In this document: one piece after another, positions 28,919 through 42,077 of the stretch
Position numbering within the stretch: the stretch's first letter is position 1
Layout: every line of letters begins with the position of its first letter
Sequence record: MW882907
DNA: 64,000 nt
Strand: one strand, 5' to 3'
From: Escherichia phage vB_EcoM_SQ17
The notes under the pieces: model-generated
Seen by the model: only the letters and a program-made list of their open reading frames with translations
Told to the model about the DNA's origin: nothing
Databases searched by the model: none
Position numbers and translations under genes: made by a program

Positions 28919-29910
28919 TATTGAACCTTATTAATATAAGTTAACAGCTCTTTAGTTTGTTCCCAACTGATGCACGCATCGGTAACGGAAACGCCATAGG
29001 ACATATTATCAGAAATTTTTTGATTTCCTTCATGTAGGAATGATTCTATCATAATTCCTTTGACCAAATCATTAGCTGCTAAATTTTTACCAATACCAAT
29101 TTGATTGCTATAATACCCATCAGCGTTTGCATGGCTACAGTCAACCATTACATAATGATTCAGACCTACTGCCCTTGCTTTGTTAGAAGCTTCTTGAATA
29201 TCAGAAGAATGATAGTTCGGGCCGTTAGTCCCGCCACGCAATACGATATGCGTATTCTGATTACCTTCAGCTTCAACAATGCCTACAGTACCATCGACGT
29301 CCATACCCATATACCGATGAGGCCAGGCGGCACTATACATCGCGTCTGTAGCTACTTTAATAGAACCATTGGTTGCGTTCTTGAAGCCTACGCACATCGG
29401 TAGACCTGAAGCAATTTCACGATGTGTCTGACTTTCAGTCGTACGGGCGCCAATAGCAACCCATGAGAAAATACCAGAAAGATACTTAATCGTGAATGGG
29501 TCTAATACTTCAGTTGCTAATGGAAGTCCCATACGTAGAAGTTTACGACACAATGTTCGTGCAACTATAAGACCGTGGTTCATATCAAAACTTCCGTCAA
29601 GATATGGATCATTTACAAGACCTTTCCAACCTACGGTAGTTCGAGGCTTTTCAAAATAAACGCGCATCACTAACAGAACATTAGGAAGATGAGTTTGAAG
29701 TTCAGCCAGACGTTTGCCGTATTCAACAGCAGCAATAGGGTCATGAATTGAACAAGGACCTACAACAATAAGTTTGCGTGGGTCTTCACCATTCATAATC
29801 GAATTAACTTGTTCGCGATGAGAAGCCACTTGTGATGCGTAAGCTTCCGACAAAGGAATAATCTCAGCCAGTTCTTTTGGAGAAATAAGTTTTCTGATGA
29901 CAGGTAACAT
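28918..29910 (-). CDS. 3-deoxy-D-arabino-heptulosonate 7-phosphate (DAHP) synthase, class I AroG/AroF/AroH type
   Basis: 330 aa; LIVVGPCSIHD, VYFEKPRTTVGWKGL, AIGARTTESQ(T)HRE, SHAN, ESFLHEGNQ and SVTDACI motifs are all present. Confidence 0.85.
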   Translation of the reverse strand: MLPVIRKLISPKELAEIIPLSEAYASQVASHREQVNSIMNGEDPRKLIVVGPCSIHDPIAAVEYGKRLAELQTHLPNVLLVMRVYFEKPRTTVGWKGLVNDPYLDGSFDMNHGLIVARTLCRKLLRMGLPLATEVLDPFTIKYLSGIFSWVAIGARTTESQTHREIASGLPMCVGFKNATNGSIKVATDAMYSAAWPHRYMGMDVDGTVGIVEAEGNQNTHIVLRGGTNGPNYHSSDIQEASNKARAVGLNHYVMVDCSHANADGYYSNQIGIGKNLAANDLVKGIMIESFLHEGNQKISDNMSYGVSVTDACISWEQTKELLTYINKVQ

Positions 29911-30030
29911 AACAATCCTTAGGAGATATAAACAGATTCTGATTCAACAATACCTTTAACCGGATTAGACAGGCTAAGTTGGTAGTGCTCAGATTTATGA
30001 CCATTCTCGATAGTAATGAGATAGCTCTCA

Positions 30031-30267
30031 TTATAGTGTTCCATATACTCGAGTTGCTTCAACAAGACCATCACTGCCTAATTTAAGATTAGTAATTTGG
30101 TCACCATCTTTAGGATTAACGATTATGAGAAAAGAACGTGGAGATTCTTGAATAACTCGTAATGTTGCATCTTGGAAACGTTCAGACACTTTATTGATGA
30201 GTGCTTGAGCAAATTCTTTTACTTTAATCTGAAATTCGTGTACTGTAATTGGGTTTTCACTTAGCAT
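30031..30267 (-). CDS. Hypothetical small protein (cd.x-like)
   Basis: 78-aa ORF preceded by an early-promoter motif. Confidence 0.4.
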   Translation of the reverse strand: MLSENPITVHEFQIKVKEFAQALINKVSERFQDATLRVIQESPRSFLIIVNPKDGDQITNLKLGSDGLVEATRVYGTL

Positions 30268-30327
30268 TTCTATTTCCTCATTTGTTGGTAGAGTTATAGT
30301 ATCACAACTCCACCATGTTGTAAACCA

Positions 30328-30603
30328 TTAAATTGCTTTGCATTCAATTTTTTGTGTACCGAAATTGATATCACATTGGATAACTAAATCACCGTCAAGA
30401 TCAAATACCACTATGACGTGTGCAGACCCAGGGAGAAGAGTAATAGCAATAGAATCTACTTGGTCTGGGAGCAAAGCATTGAGTACATGAGTTAGTTGAG
30501 CATGAACTCTGAGTTCGGCTGCATTATCAAGCACTTCAAACATATTATTAGCAATAATCTGACTGAAGACTACCTTTACAATTTCAGAATAAGTTGGGAA
30601 CAT
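30328..30603 (-). CDS. Hypothetical small protein (cd.x-like)
   Basis: 91-aa ORF. Confidence 0.4.
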   Translation of the reverse strand: MFPTYSEIVKVVFSQIIANNMFEVLDNAAELRVHAQLTHVLNALLPDQVDSIAITLLPGSAHVIVVFDLDGDLVIQCDINFGTQKIECKAI

Positions 30604-30610
30604 AATTACC

Positions 30611-30835
30611 TCAGTGTACAGTATTTACTTTAACTCGAACAACAAATCGCTCGGTCGGTTCACCTACAGGAACAAACTCTACATGATATTCGCCTTTGTA
30701 ACGAGTATTCAGGTCGTTACGAATTTCGGTAAGCTTGTTGATTAATGTAGAACTCATATTAAGTCCCACTAGTTTACGAAGCATTTTGTATGCTTCATCT
30801 TCGATTTCATGATGTTTATCGTACATAGTTTTCAT
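30611..30835 (-). CDS. Hypothetical small protein (cd.x-like)
   Basis: 74-aa ORF. Confidence 0.4.
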   Translation of the reverse strand: MKTMYDKHHEIEDEAYKMLRKLVGLNMSSTLINKLTEIRNDLNTRYKGEYHVEFVPVGEPTERFVVRVKVNTVH

Positions 30836-31006
30836 TTAACCATTCAATTGCCTGGTCGACGTTATCAAATATACAGCCGTCCAAACGTTCTTCATGCTCA
30901 TAGTCCAGCACATCAATACCGAACTGTCCATTTACTAAAGGCCAGGCTACAAACAAATATTCTTTATGCTGTTCGATGGCCTCAATCACTTCATATAATC
31001 GTTTCA

Positions 31007-31007
<1 letters not shown>
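30816..31007 (-). CDS. Hypothetical small protein (cd.x-like)
   Basis: 63-aa ORF. Confidence 0.4.
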
Positions 31008-32093
<1,086 letters not shown>

Positions 32094-32094
<1 letters not shown>

Positions 32095-32393
32095 TATTTT
32101 ATTCCTAAGAAAGTTTCAAGAATACGAATGTTATGCTCGCGCCGGTCTTTATTAATTTCAGCAACGTTTTTATTAATTGACGTACTTCTAACGTTTGAAG
32201 AAATAAATTTAATCATATGACTTTTGAGTTGTTGCAAATCCAACCCTTTTTCTTTAGCAGCTTTACGAAGAGCTTTACCTGCTTCATCTAGTGCCTTTGC
32301 TGTGTCTTTGTCATAATTGACAAGTGACATTCCACGGCAGATATCAATATACTCATCAGACCGTTTGATGTAATTCTCTAGTAATGTTTTCAT
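32094..32393 (-). CDS. Hypothetical protein
   Basis: 99-aa ORF with a consensus early promoter upstream. Confidence 0.45.
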
Positions 32394-32421
32394 TTAGATT
32401 TCCTCAATTATCCATAGGAGC

Positions 32422-32451
32422 ATTATACTCTGCTCCCGAGAGTTTGTAAAC
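32422..32451 (-). promoter_or_regulatory. T4 early-type promoter (GTTTACA, about 17 nt, TATAAT)
   Basis: Minus strand reads GTTTACAAACTCTCGGGAGCAGAGTATAAT. Confidence 0.5.
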
Positions 32452-32675
32452 TATTTTACTAAAGATTCAATATACTCATGAAGAGCTTTAGTCGCTACTG
32501 CCCACTTATTCTGATATTCATTTTTCAGATTAGCACGAGACTGAACTAACAAGCGGTCATTAGTCGGAGGCAAAGATTCTAATCGTTGAATCTGTCGCCC
32601 GTAAATCATGGCCGCCATTTCAGATTCATAGATAAGCCCTTTAATGTATTCATGCTGTTCTTTAGTCATTGGCAT
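32451..32675 (-). CDS. Hypothetical small protein
   Basis: 74-aa ORF. Confidence 0.4.
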   Translation of the reverse strand: MPMTKEQHEYIKGLIYESEMAAMIYGRQIQRLESLPPTNDRLLVQSRANLKNEYQNKWAVATKALHEYIESLVK

Positions 32676-32956
32676 TTTTCCTCTTTTAAACCACTACGAT
32701 AATAACATAACATAGTCTTCTGGTCATGTACATATCTTTTTACGTCGTTTAACCAGATACGAAATTCTTGAGAGTCTTCAAATGGCATTCCAACCCACGG
32801 GTTACCATCAATAACCTTTACTTGCCATTTCTGGTTATATTCAACAATAGATTCTGGCCACGGCGGATGTAAAGTTTCTTTAGGGCTTAAGGGCACATCC
32901 TGGGCACATCCGGCTAAAATGCCAATAGATAATACAACTGCGGTTAATTTAATCAT
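32666..32956 (-). CDS. Putative o-spanin (outer-membrane lipoprotein)
   Basis: 96 aa; signal peptide with lipobox ILAGC (Cys17) and further Cys residues; directly downstream of the i-spanin candidate. Confidence 0.6.
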   Translation of the reverse strand: MIKLTAVVLSIGILAGCAQDVPLSPKETLHPPWPESIVEYNQKWQVKVIDGNPWVGMPFEDSQEFRIWLNDVKRYVHDQKTMLCYYRSGLKEEKCQ

Positions 32957-33309
32957 TCTGAGAGCTTCCTGAGGTCTTCTGCAAAGGAATCGAAGGACCT
33001 GTTGATTTGTTTTTCGACCAATCCTGGTTTACTTGCCACCACGTTCTTCTTCTTCGAATCCTTACGGAGCTTTTCATTTTCGGCCTTAAGTTGGTCAACT
33101 AAAACACGGTTCTTATAAGTCATTTCTTCGATTGACTGATATTGAACCTTGAAGTCGTCTAATACTTTAGCATTGTTTTTAGCAGTCTCTTTGACAGAAG
33201 CTAATTCAGTATTCAACGAATCAACTTTGTTGTTTAAGACAACTATTGTTATAGTAGAAACTAGAGCAAAAGCTGCTACTATAGCATAAATCGGATTTAC
33301 TTTAAGCAT
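32953..33309 (-). CDS. Putative i-spanin (N-terminal transmembrane helix plus coiled coil)
   Basis: 118 aa; hydrophobic helix (PIYAIVAAFALVSTITIVVL) followed by a charged helical region. Confidence 0.6.
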   Translation of the reverse strand: MLKVNPIYAIVAAFALVSTITIVVLNNKVDSLNTELASVKETAKNNAKVLDDFKVQYQSIEEMTYKNRVLVDQLKAENEKLRKDSKKKNVVASKPGLVEKQINRSFDSFAEDLRKLSE

Positions 33310-33797
33310 GTTTTAATAATCTCAATGATTTCATCTCGGGATAATCCATTGATAAGAACGGTTTTCGGACCATCGCACTGGATTTTGTACGATTCAAACA
33401 ATACACACAACTCTTCTGCTGTATGATACGGACTTGAGATTCCGAGACGGTTGAATTTGTCGGTAAGAGGGTCGCAAATAATGTAGAATTTTATACCTGC
33501 GATATGTACATTTGGTTGACTAATATTAATGAACACGTTAGCGTCGTATTTAGACAAATTGTTTTGAAGAAATTCTACCATAGCATTAACTGCTTCCGGC
33601 ATCGCTTCGCGTTTCTCTTCAGCGTATCGGGTGGAATACTCTTTTTGTTTTACTTTCTTTTTAAGATTTTTTGCCAGTGTAACACGTAAGTCAGTAAGAT
33701 AACCAACTGGACGTCCTTTCTTAAAGACTCGGATTCCATCTGTGGAATCACCAAATGCTGCCACAACCATATCGTTAGTAATCAATTGCATATTCAT
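33297..33797 (-). CDS. alc: Alc-like protein (inhibitor of host transcription on cytosine DNA)
   Basis: ORF-track ORF trimmed to the ATG with a GAGGAGAAA ribosome-binding site, giving 166 aa; position next to rnlA as in T4. Confidence 0.6.
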   Translation of the reverse strand: MNMQLITNDMVVAAFGDSTDGIRVFKKGRPVGYLTDLRVTLAKNLKKKVKQKEYSTRYAEEKREAMPEAVNAMVEFLQNNLSKYDANVFINISQPNVHIAGIKFYIICDPLTDKFNRLGISSPYHTAEELCVLFESYKIQCDGPKTVLINGLSRDEIIEIIKTCLK

Positions 33798-33859
33798 AAT
33801 TTTCTCCTCGTGATGTTGATAAAAGCCATAGTAACACCTTCCTTGGTGTTTGTAAACCA

Positions 33860-34993
<1,134 letters not shown>

Positions 34994-35039
34994 TCAGTTA
35001 GTTTTTTTAAATTGTACCACAATCCTTGTGGTATGTAAA

Positions 35040-35450
35040 CTACTTTTTCTTATGTTGGATATTCCAAGGCGGGTTGAACTTTTTGATAAAAAGTGGTTCT
35101 TCAAGGTCCATTGTTGCGATGGTCATTGAACCAAGTTCGTTGGTGACTGAAAGGTCAAAACATTGGCGGGCCCAGAATTCAACCTTTTTGCCTTGCATTA
35201 AGGCATCCAAAATCATAAGTGATTTTCTTGAATCTGAAGTCTGGTCTTTTCGATTTATGGCTGTTCGATAATAGTTAATGCGTTTCTTTAAATTCTTGGT
35301 TTTACCAATATACACAAGTTCGTCATCTATAGCAATAGCATATATAACATTTTTCTTATTAGGGGCATCAATGGTTTTAATTGTTGCATCTTCTAATAGC
35401 TCCAATTCTATATATTTAATAAAGGAATATTCGGCGGCAATATCTTTCAT
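35040..35450 (-). CDS. denA: Endonuclease II (GIY-YIG family)
   Basis: 136 aa (same as T4 DenA); GIY-YIG-like IYAIAID...VYIGKT motif. Confidence 0.8.
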   Translation of the reverse strand: MKDIAAEYSFIKYIELELLEDATIKTIDAPNKKNVIYAIAIDDELVYIGKTKNLKKRINYYRTAINRKDQTSDSRKSLMILDALMQGKKVEFWARQCFDLSVTNELGSMTIATMDLEEPLFIKKFNPPWNIQHKKK

Positions 35451-35476
35451 AATAAAGTGGGACCGAAGTCCCGTCC

Positions 35477-36652
35477 TTAGAAATATTTTTTGTATGAATT
35501 GATTACATTTTGGTCTACATCATTATCAATTTGTGCAACAAGATAAGAACTGATTTCAACTTCCTGAGGAGCTGCTTGAACTAAATCAGAGTTCAGATAT
35601 TCACGAATCCAAGGATACGGATGCTTGGTCGGAGCATCAGTGATTGGGCATGGCAAACCACACTGTTTCATACGAGACACAGTCAAGTAATCAACAAAAG
35701 CACACATACTCTGCGTATTGATACCTGGGCATGTACCGTCTTTAAAGAGATGTGCAGCCCATTCCTTCTCTTGTCTATTTACTTCCATAAAAATGTCAAC
35801 TGCTTCTTGTTCGCATTCTTTAGCAATTTGAACCCACTCATCGCCATCAGTACCAGATTGAAGTTGACGGATAATGTACTGAGTACCCTTGAGATGGAGT
35901 TGTTCGTCACGAGCAATGAACTTCATAATCTTTGCATTGCCTTCCATAATTTCCATATTTTTATGGAAGTTGAAAGTACATGCAAATGATACGTAAAAAC
36001 GGATAGCTTCTAAGGCGTTGATAACATGCAAACAGAGATAAAGAGACTTCATTAAATCACGCTTGGCGTTAAACATTATTTCTTCGTACATCTCAATATC
36101 ATTCTGCTGGCATGAGCCTATTGAACACTCATAATCTTCCTTAGCATTTTCCCAATTACGAGTCTTGACTAGAACATCATCGTAATATTTACCTATTGAT
36201 TCAGCTCGTTTCATGATTGCTTCGTCTAATACAATTTCATCAAATACCTTAGATGGGTCTGTATAAAGATTTCGCATAATATGAGTATACGAACGAGAGT
36301 GAATAGTTTCACTGAATGTCCATGTTGCAACCCACGTATCTAATGAAGGGTCAGAAATCAGTGCCATAAGTACCGCAGATGGGGCCCTGCCTTGGATAGA
36401 ATCTAATAATGATTGATACTTAAGATTGTTTGTAAAGATGTCCTGTTGGAACTGAGGAAGCTTATTGAACTGTGCAGAGTCCAACATCAAGTTTACCTCT
36501 TCGGGGCGCCAGAAAAATGATAATTGCTTTTCGGTTAAATCTTCAAAAACTTTATGGCGTTGAATATCATAACGCGCAATACCAAGACCTGAACCGAAGA
36601 ACATTGGTTCATTCAAAACATCGACTTGTTGTGTGTTAAAAACTGTACTCAT
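35477..36652 (-). CDS. nrdB: Ribonucleotide reductase small subunit, uninterrupted (no intron)
   Basis: 391-aa continuous ORF with ferritin-like R2 features. Confidence 0.9.
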   Translation of the reverse strand: MSTVFNTQQVDVLNEPMFFGSGLGIARYDIQRHKVFEDLTEKQLSFFWRPEEVNLMLDSAQFNKLPQFQQDIFTNNLKYQSLLDSIQGRAPSAVLMALISDPSLDTWVATWTFSETIHSRSYTHIMRNLYTDPSKVFDEIVLDEAIMKRAESIGKYYDDVLVKTRNWENAKEDYECSIGSCQQNDIEMYEEIMFNAKRDLMKSLYLCLHVINALEAIRFYVSFACTFNFHKNMEIMEGNAKIMKFIARDEQLHLKGTQYIIRQLQSGTDGDEWVQIAKECEQEAVDIFMEVNRQEKEWAAHLFKDGTCPGINTQSMCAFVDYLTVSRMKQCGLPCPITDAPTKHPYPWIREYLNSDLVQAAPQEVEISSYLVAQIDNDVDQNVINSYKKYF

Positions 36653-36705
36653 TATATTTTCTCACTTAGTTTAACTCATCCATGAGTAAATTATAATCAA
36701 AAGTC

Positions 36706-38961
36706 TTAAAGCTTACAAGAAGAACAATCGTCGGCTTTAGGTGTTTCTAATTCATAGTCATCTGTACCCGACCCATCACGAGTGTTATGATAGTAGAGGT
36801 TTTTTCCGCCAAAGTACCAGAAGTAAAGCAGATCGTCAAGCATTACCGACATTGGCACTTTACCTTTCTCAAATACCGCAGGGTCATAATAAGTATTAGC
36901 AGAAGCAGATTGGCACACCCATTTCAACATGATAGCAACTTGGGTCAAATAAGGTTTATTACCTTTCTTAGCAAGTTTCCACGCGTAGTCGTAAAGACTC
37001 ATGTTATGTTCGATATTAGGAACAACCTGACGGAAGTTGCCTTCTTTAGATTCTTTAATACTTACTGGACCGCGTGGGGGCTCAATCCCGTTTGTAGAGT
37101 TTGATACTTGACTGCTTGACTCACAAGGCATGAGTGCAGACAACGTCGAGTTACGAATTCCATGTTCTTTGAGTTCAGCTCGAAGTTCTTCCCAGTCACA
37201 GACGTAGTTCGGGGCTGCGATTTGGTCAATCTTTTTATTGTACCAGTCGATAGGTAATTCGCCTCTAGACCATTTAGTATCTGAATAATACTCGCAAGGT
37301 CCTTTTTCTTTGGCGAGTTTGATTGAAGCTTTAATAAGGCCATATTGCAATCTCTCGAACAATTCATGAGTCAAATCGTTAGCGTCTTCATATGAAGCAA
37401 AGTTAGAAGCTAACCATGCAGCATAGTTCGTCACACCGACACCGAGATTTCGACGCTTTTTAGCTTTTAAAGCTTCTGGAACCGGATAATCTTGATAGTC
37501 TAACAGGTTATCAAGTGCACGTACTTGTACTTCAGCAAGTTCATTAATTTTATCTTGGTCTTGCCAATCAAATTTATCTAATACAAAAGCAGATAATGTG
37601 CATAAACCAATTTCAGCATCAGGACCATTCACATCATTAGTTGGAATAGCGATTTCACAACATAAGTTACTCTGACGAATTGGAGCTTTTTCACGAATAA
37701 ACGGAGTGTAGTTATTCGTGTTATCAACAAACTGTGGATAAATTCGAGCAGTGCCAGAACGTTCAGTCATGAACAATTCAAAGAGTTCTAGTGCTTTGAT
37801 TCTTTTCTTTCTGATTGTTGGGTCTTTTTCAGCTTTCTCATAAAGCTCACGGAATTTATCTTGATCTTCAAAGAACGAGTAGTATAGTTCGCCTGACATT
37901 TCGTGAGGGCTAAATAAAGTAATATAATCATTTTTACCAAGGCGTTCCATCATGAGGTCATTAATCTGAATTCCGTAGTCCATATGTCGAATACGGTTTT
38001 CATCCACGCCTTTGTTATTTTTCAGAACTAATAGGTTCTCTACTTCTAAGTGCCACATCGGATAATACGCTGTAGCAGCACCACCACGAATACCACCTTG
38101 AGAACAAGATTTTACTGCAGTTTGGAAATGTTTCCAGAATGGAATAACACCGGTATGTCGAACTTCACCCATACCGATCTTAGAACCTTCTGCACGAAGC
38201 ATACCAACGTTGATACCGATACCAGCTCGTTTAGAAATATATTCAATAATTGATGCTGAAGTTTTGTTAATAGATTTTAACGAATCACCTGCTTCAATAA
38301 CTACACAACTAGAGAACTGACGGGTTGGAGTACGAGCACCTGCCATAATTGGGGTTGGCAATGAAACTTGATGAGTAGAAACGGCATCATAAAAACGAAT
38401 AATATGTTTCAAACGGTCGTGAGTTTCGTCTTGATGTAAGGCCATACCAATAGCCATGATAGCAAACTGTGGAGTTTCATAAATCTTCCCAGTTGTTTTA
38501 TCTTTAACCAGGTATTTTTCTTTAAGCTGCATAGCACCAGCATAAGTCAGATCAAAATCTCGCTCATGTTTAATCCGAGAATCAAGATAAATGATTTCTT
38601 CTGCAGAATATCTAGACAACAACTCAGGATCATATTTGCCTTCATTAACACAGTAAGAAATATGGTCGATAAAAGCAGGCGGTTCAAACTGCCCATATAC
38701 ATCTTTACGAAGTGCAAACATTAGCCCTTTGGCGGCGACATACTGATAATCAGGTTCTTCGACAGAAATCGAGTTAGCTGCAACTTTAATACAAATCTTC
38801 TGGATATCTTTAGTGCTCATCCCATCTACAAGATGGGTCTTAATTTCTTCGTACAATTCATATGGGTCAATTTGTGTTCCTTCACATTGCCAAGTTAAAA
38901 CTTGAATAATTTTCTGTGCATCAAAATTTTGGGATACACCACTGCTCTTAGTTACTTGCAT
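36706..38961 (-). CDS. nrdA: Ribonucleotide reductase large subunit
   Basis: 751 aa; class Ia RNR with C-terminal Cys pair; T4 synteny. Confidence 0.9.
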   Translation of the reverse strand: MQVTKSSGVSQNFDAQKIIQVLTWQCEGTQIDPYELYEEIKTHLVDGMSTKDIQKICIKVAANSISVEEPDYQYVAAKGLMFALRKDVYGQFEPPAFIDHISYCVNEGKYDPELLSRYSAEEIIYLDSRIKHERDFDLTYAGAMQLKEKYLVKDKTTGKIYETPQFAIMAIGMALHQDETHDRLKHIIRFYDAVSTHQVSLPTPIMAGARTPTRQFSSCVVIEAGDSLKSINKTSASIIEYISKRAGIGINVGMLRAEGSKIGMGEVRHTGVIPFWKHFQTAVKSCSQGGIRGGAATAYYPMWHLEVENLLVLKNNKGVDENRIRHMDYGIQINDLMMERLGKNDYITLFSPHEMSGELYYSFFEDQDKFRELYEKAEKDPTIRKKRIKALELFELFMTERSGTARIYPQFVDNTNNYTPFIREKAPIRQSNLCCEIAIPTNDVNGPDAEIGLCTLSAFVLDKFDWQDQDKINELAEVQVRALDNLLDYQDYPVPEALKAKKRRNLGVGVTNYAAWLASNFASYEDANDLTHELFERLQYGLIKASIKLAKEKGPCEYYSDTKWSRGELPIDWYNKKIDQIAAPNYVCDWEELRAELKEHGIRNSTLSALMPCESSSQVSNSTNGIEPPRGPVSIKESKEGNFRQVVPNIEHNMSLYDYAWKLAKKGNKPYLTQVAIMLKWVCQSASANTYYDPAVFEKGKVPMSVMLDDLLYFWYFGGKNLYYHNTRDGSGTDDYELETPKADDCSSCKL

Positions 38962-39048
38962 ATAGTCCTCAGTATAGGTTGATAGACATTACTCCAAACG
39001 GGATAGTATTTATCCCGTTAATTTATTATAAACTTTTAAACTGAAGCG

Positions 39049-39303
39049 TTAATTATCATCAGCAATAATTTCTTCGTATTCTTTAGGTGTCAAGACTGTG
39101 ATATCGAAATAAACCAACGGTTCTTTTTCTATACCGTAACCACCACAAAATTCACGATATTCATAAATTCGTTCGTGTGAATAACAAATAAACCGTTCAC
39201 CTTTAACTGTGATTTCACTATTCGGTGAAGGGATATCCAGTTCACTTGGATTTTTCATTTCAAAAATTGTGGTGCCATATGAATTAATAAAACGTAAAAT
39301 CAT
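39049..39303 (-). CDS. Hypothetical protein (T4 nrdA.1-like position)
   Basis: 84-aa ORF between nrdA and td. Confidence 0.45.
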   Translation of the reverse strand: MILRFINSYGTTIFEMKNPSELDIPSPNSEITVKGERFICYSHERIYEYREFCGGYGIEKEPLVYFDITVLTPKEYEEIIADDN

Positions 39304-39304
39304 T

Positions 39305-39616
39305 TTATACCGCCATTTTAGCTTTGATAGCTGGATGTGATTCGTAATTTTTAAGAATAAAGTCTTTAGGACGAAGTTTTAATACATATTCGATTTGTTC
39401 TTCGGTTGATAGATGTCTAAATTTGTATGGTAATCCGTTAATAACTAATTCACACAGTTCTTTAGGCTCACGACGAAGAACTTCTTTGCATTGTTCTACA
39501 TGATTGCTGTAGATATGCGTGTTGCCGCCTGAGAACACTAAATCACCTGGGATAAGGTTACACATCTTCGCTACAATATGCGTCAAGGCAGCGTACGAGG
39601 CAATGTTGAACGGCAG
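39305..39616 (-). CDS. td: Thymidylate synthase, exon 2 (C-terminal 103 aa)
   Basis: Translation LPFNIASYAALTHIVAKM...GGNTHIYSNH is the thymidylate synthase C-terminus; joins to exon 1 ending ...VDVFLG. Confidence 0.85.
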   Translation of the reverse strand: MPFNIASYAALTHIVAKMCNLIPGDLVFSGGNTHIYSNHVEQCKEVLRREPKELCELVINGLPYKFRHLSTEEQIEYVLKLRPKDFILKNYESHPAIKAKMAV

Positions 39617-40632
39617 CATTATGTTCAGATAAGGTCGTTAATCTTATCCCGGAATTATATCCAGCTGCATGTCACCATGCAGAGCAGACTATATCTCCAA
39701 CTTGTTAAAGCAAGTTGTCTATCGTTTCGAGTCACTTGACCCTACTCCCTAAAGGGATAGTCGTTAGGCATTTATGTAGAACCAATTCCACTTATCAGAT
39801 TTTACACGGTAAGTAACTAATCCTGATGAAATTTCAAAATGTCTAGCCGCATCGGCTGCACATTCAAAAATAATCCCATCGCATGAAATCTTTTTGATGT
39901 TAGCTGGCTTTTTGCCTTTCATCTTTTCAGATAGTTTAGTTTTAGTTTTTTCTGAATGTTTGTGATTAAAGAACGGGTTATTTTCACCTGAACGTTTTCG
40001 GCACTTTCCACAAGTATCGGCCGAAGATGGTATGCGAACACCGCATTTACAAAACTTGTGGTTTTCTGGATTCCATCGGCCATTTTTACTTCCGTGTTTA
40101 CCATAAAGAGCTTTCCGACCATCAGGACCAAGCTTAAGCATCTTAGCTTTAACAGTTTCAGCTCGTTTCTTAGCAATTTCTTCTTTTAATGGATGATTTG
40201 AAAGCACATCGCCAAAAGACGCATCAGCAATATTATATCCATTAATTTTAGAATTTAGCTCTTTAATCCAAAAATTTTCTCGTTCAATAATCAAATCTTT
40301 CTCATATGGAATTTCTTCCAGTACAGAGCATTCAAAAACATTACCATGTTTATTAAAAGACCTTTGAAATTTTATAGAAGAGTGAACACCGTTTTCAAGG
40401 TCTTTAAAATGTCTCTTCCATCTTTTCTCAAAATCTTTAGCACTTCCAACATACACTTTACCGTTTAAAGTGTTTTTAATCTGATAAATTCCGCTTTTCA
40501 TAAACACCTCTTTTTATATAGAAGTATTTATTAAAGGGTAGTCCTACAATTTAGCACGGGATTGTCTACTAGAGAGGTCCCCCGTTTAGATAGATTACAA
40601 GTATAAGTCACCTTATACTTAGGCCTAAATTA
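39617..40632 (-). mobile_element. Group I self-splicing intron in td (1016 nt) carrying the I-TevI gene
   Basis: Interrupts td between ...VDVFLG and LPFNIAS...; intron starts TAATT and ends ...ATG; 1016 nt, the T4 td intron length as I recall it. Confidence 0.85.
39764..40501 (-). CDS. I-TevI GIY-YIG homing endonuclease (intron-encoded)
   Basis: 245 aa from the ATG (ORF-track start is an upstream GTG); MKSGIYQIKNTLNGKVYVGSAKDFEKRWKRH GIY-YIG motif. Confidence 0.9.
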   Translation of the reverse strand: MKSGIYQIKNTLNGKVYVGSAKDFEKRWKRHFKDLENGVHSSIKFQRSFNKHGNVFECSVLEEIPYEKDLIIERENFWIKELNSKINGYNIADASFGDVLSNHPLKEEIAKKRAETVKAKMLKLGPDGRKALYGKHGSKNGRWNPENHKFCKCGVRIPSSADTCGKCRKRSGENNPFFNHKHSEKTKTKLSEKMKGKKPANIKKISCDGIIFECAADAARHFEISSGLVTYRVKSDKWNWFYINA

Positions 40633-42031
<1,399 letters not shown>

Positions 42032-42077
42032 TTTTATTTGATAGGACTACTATAACATAGCCCTATCTTGTTATAAA

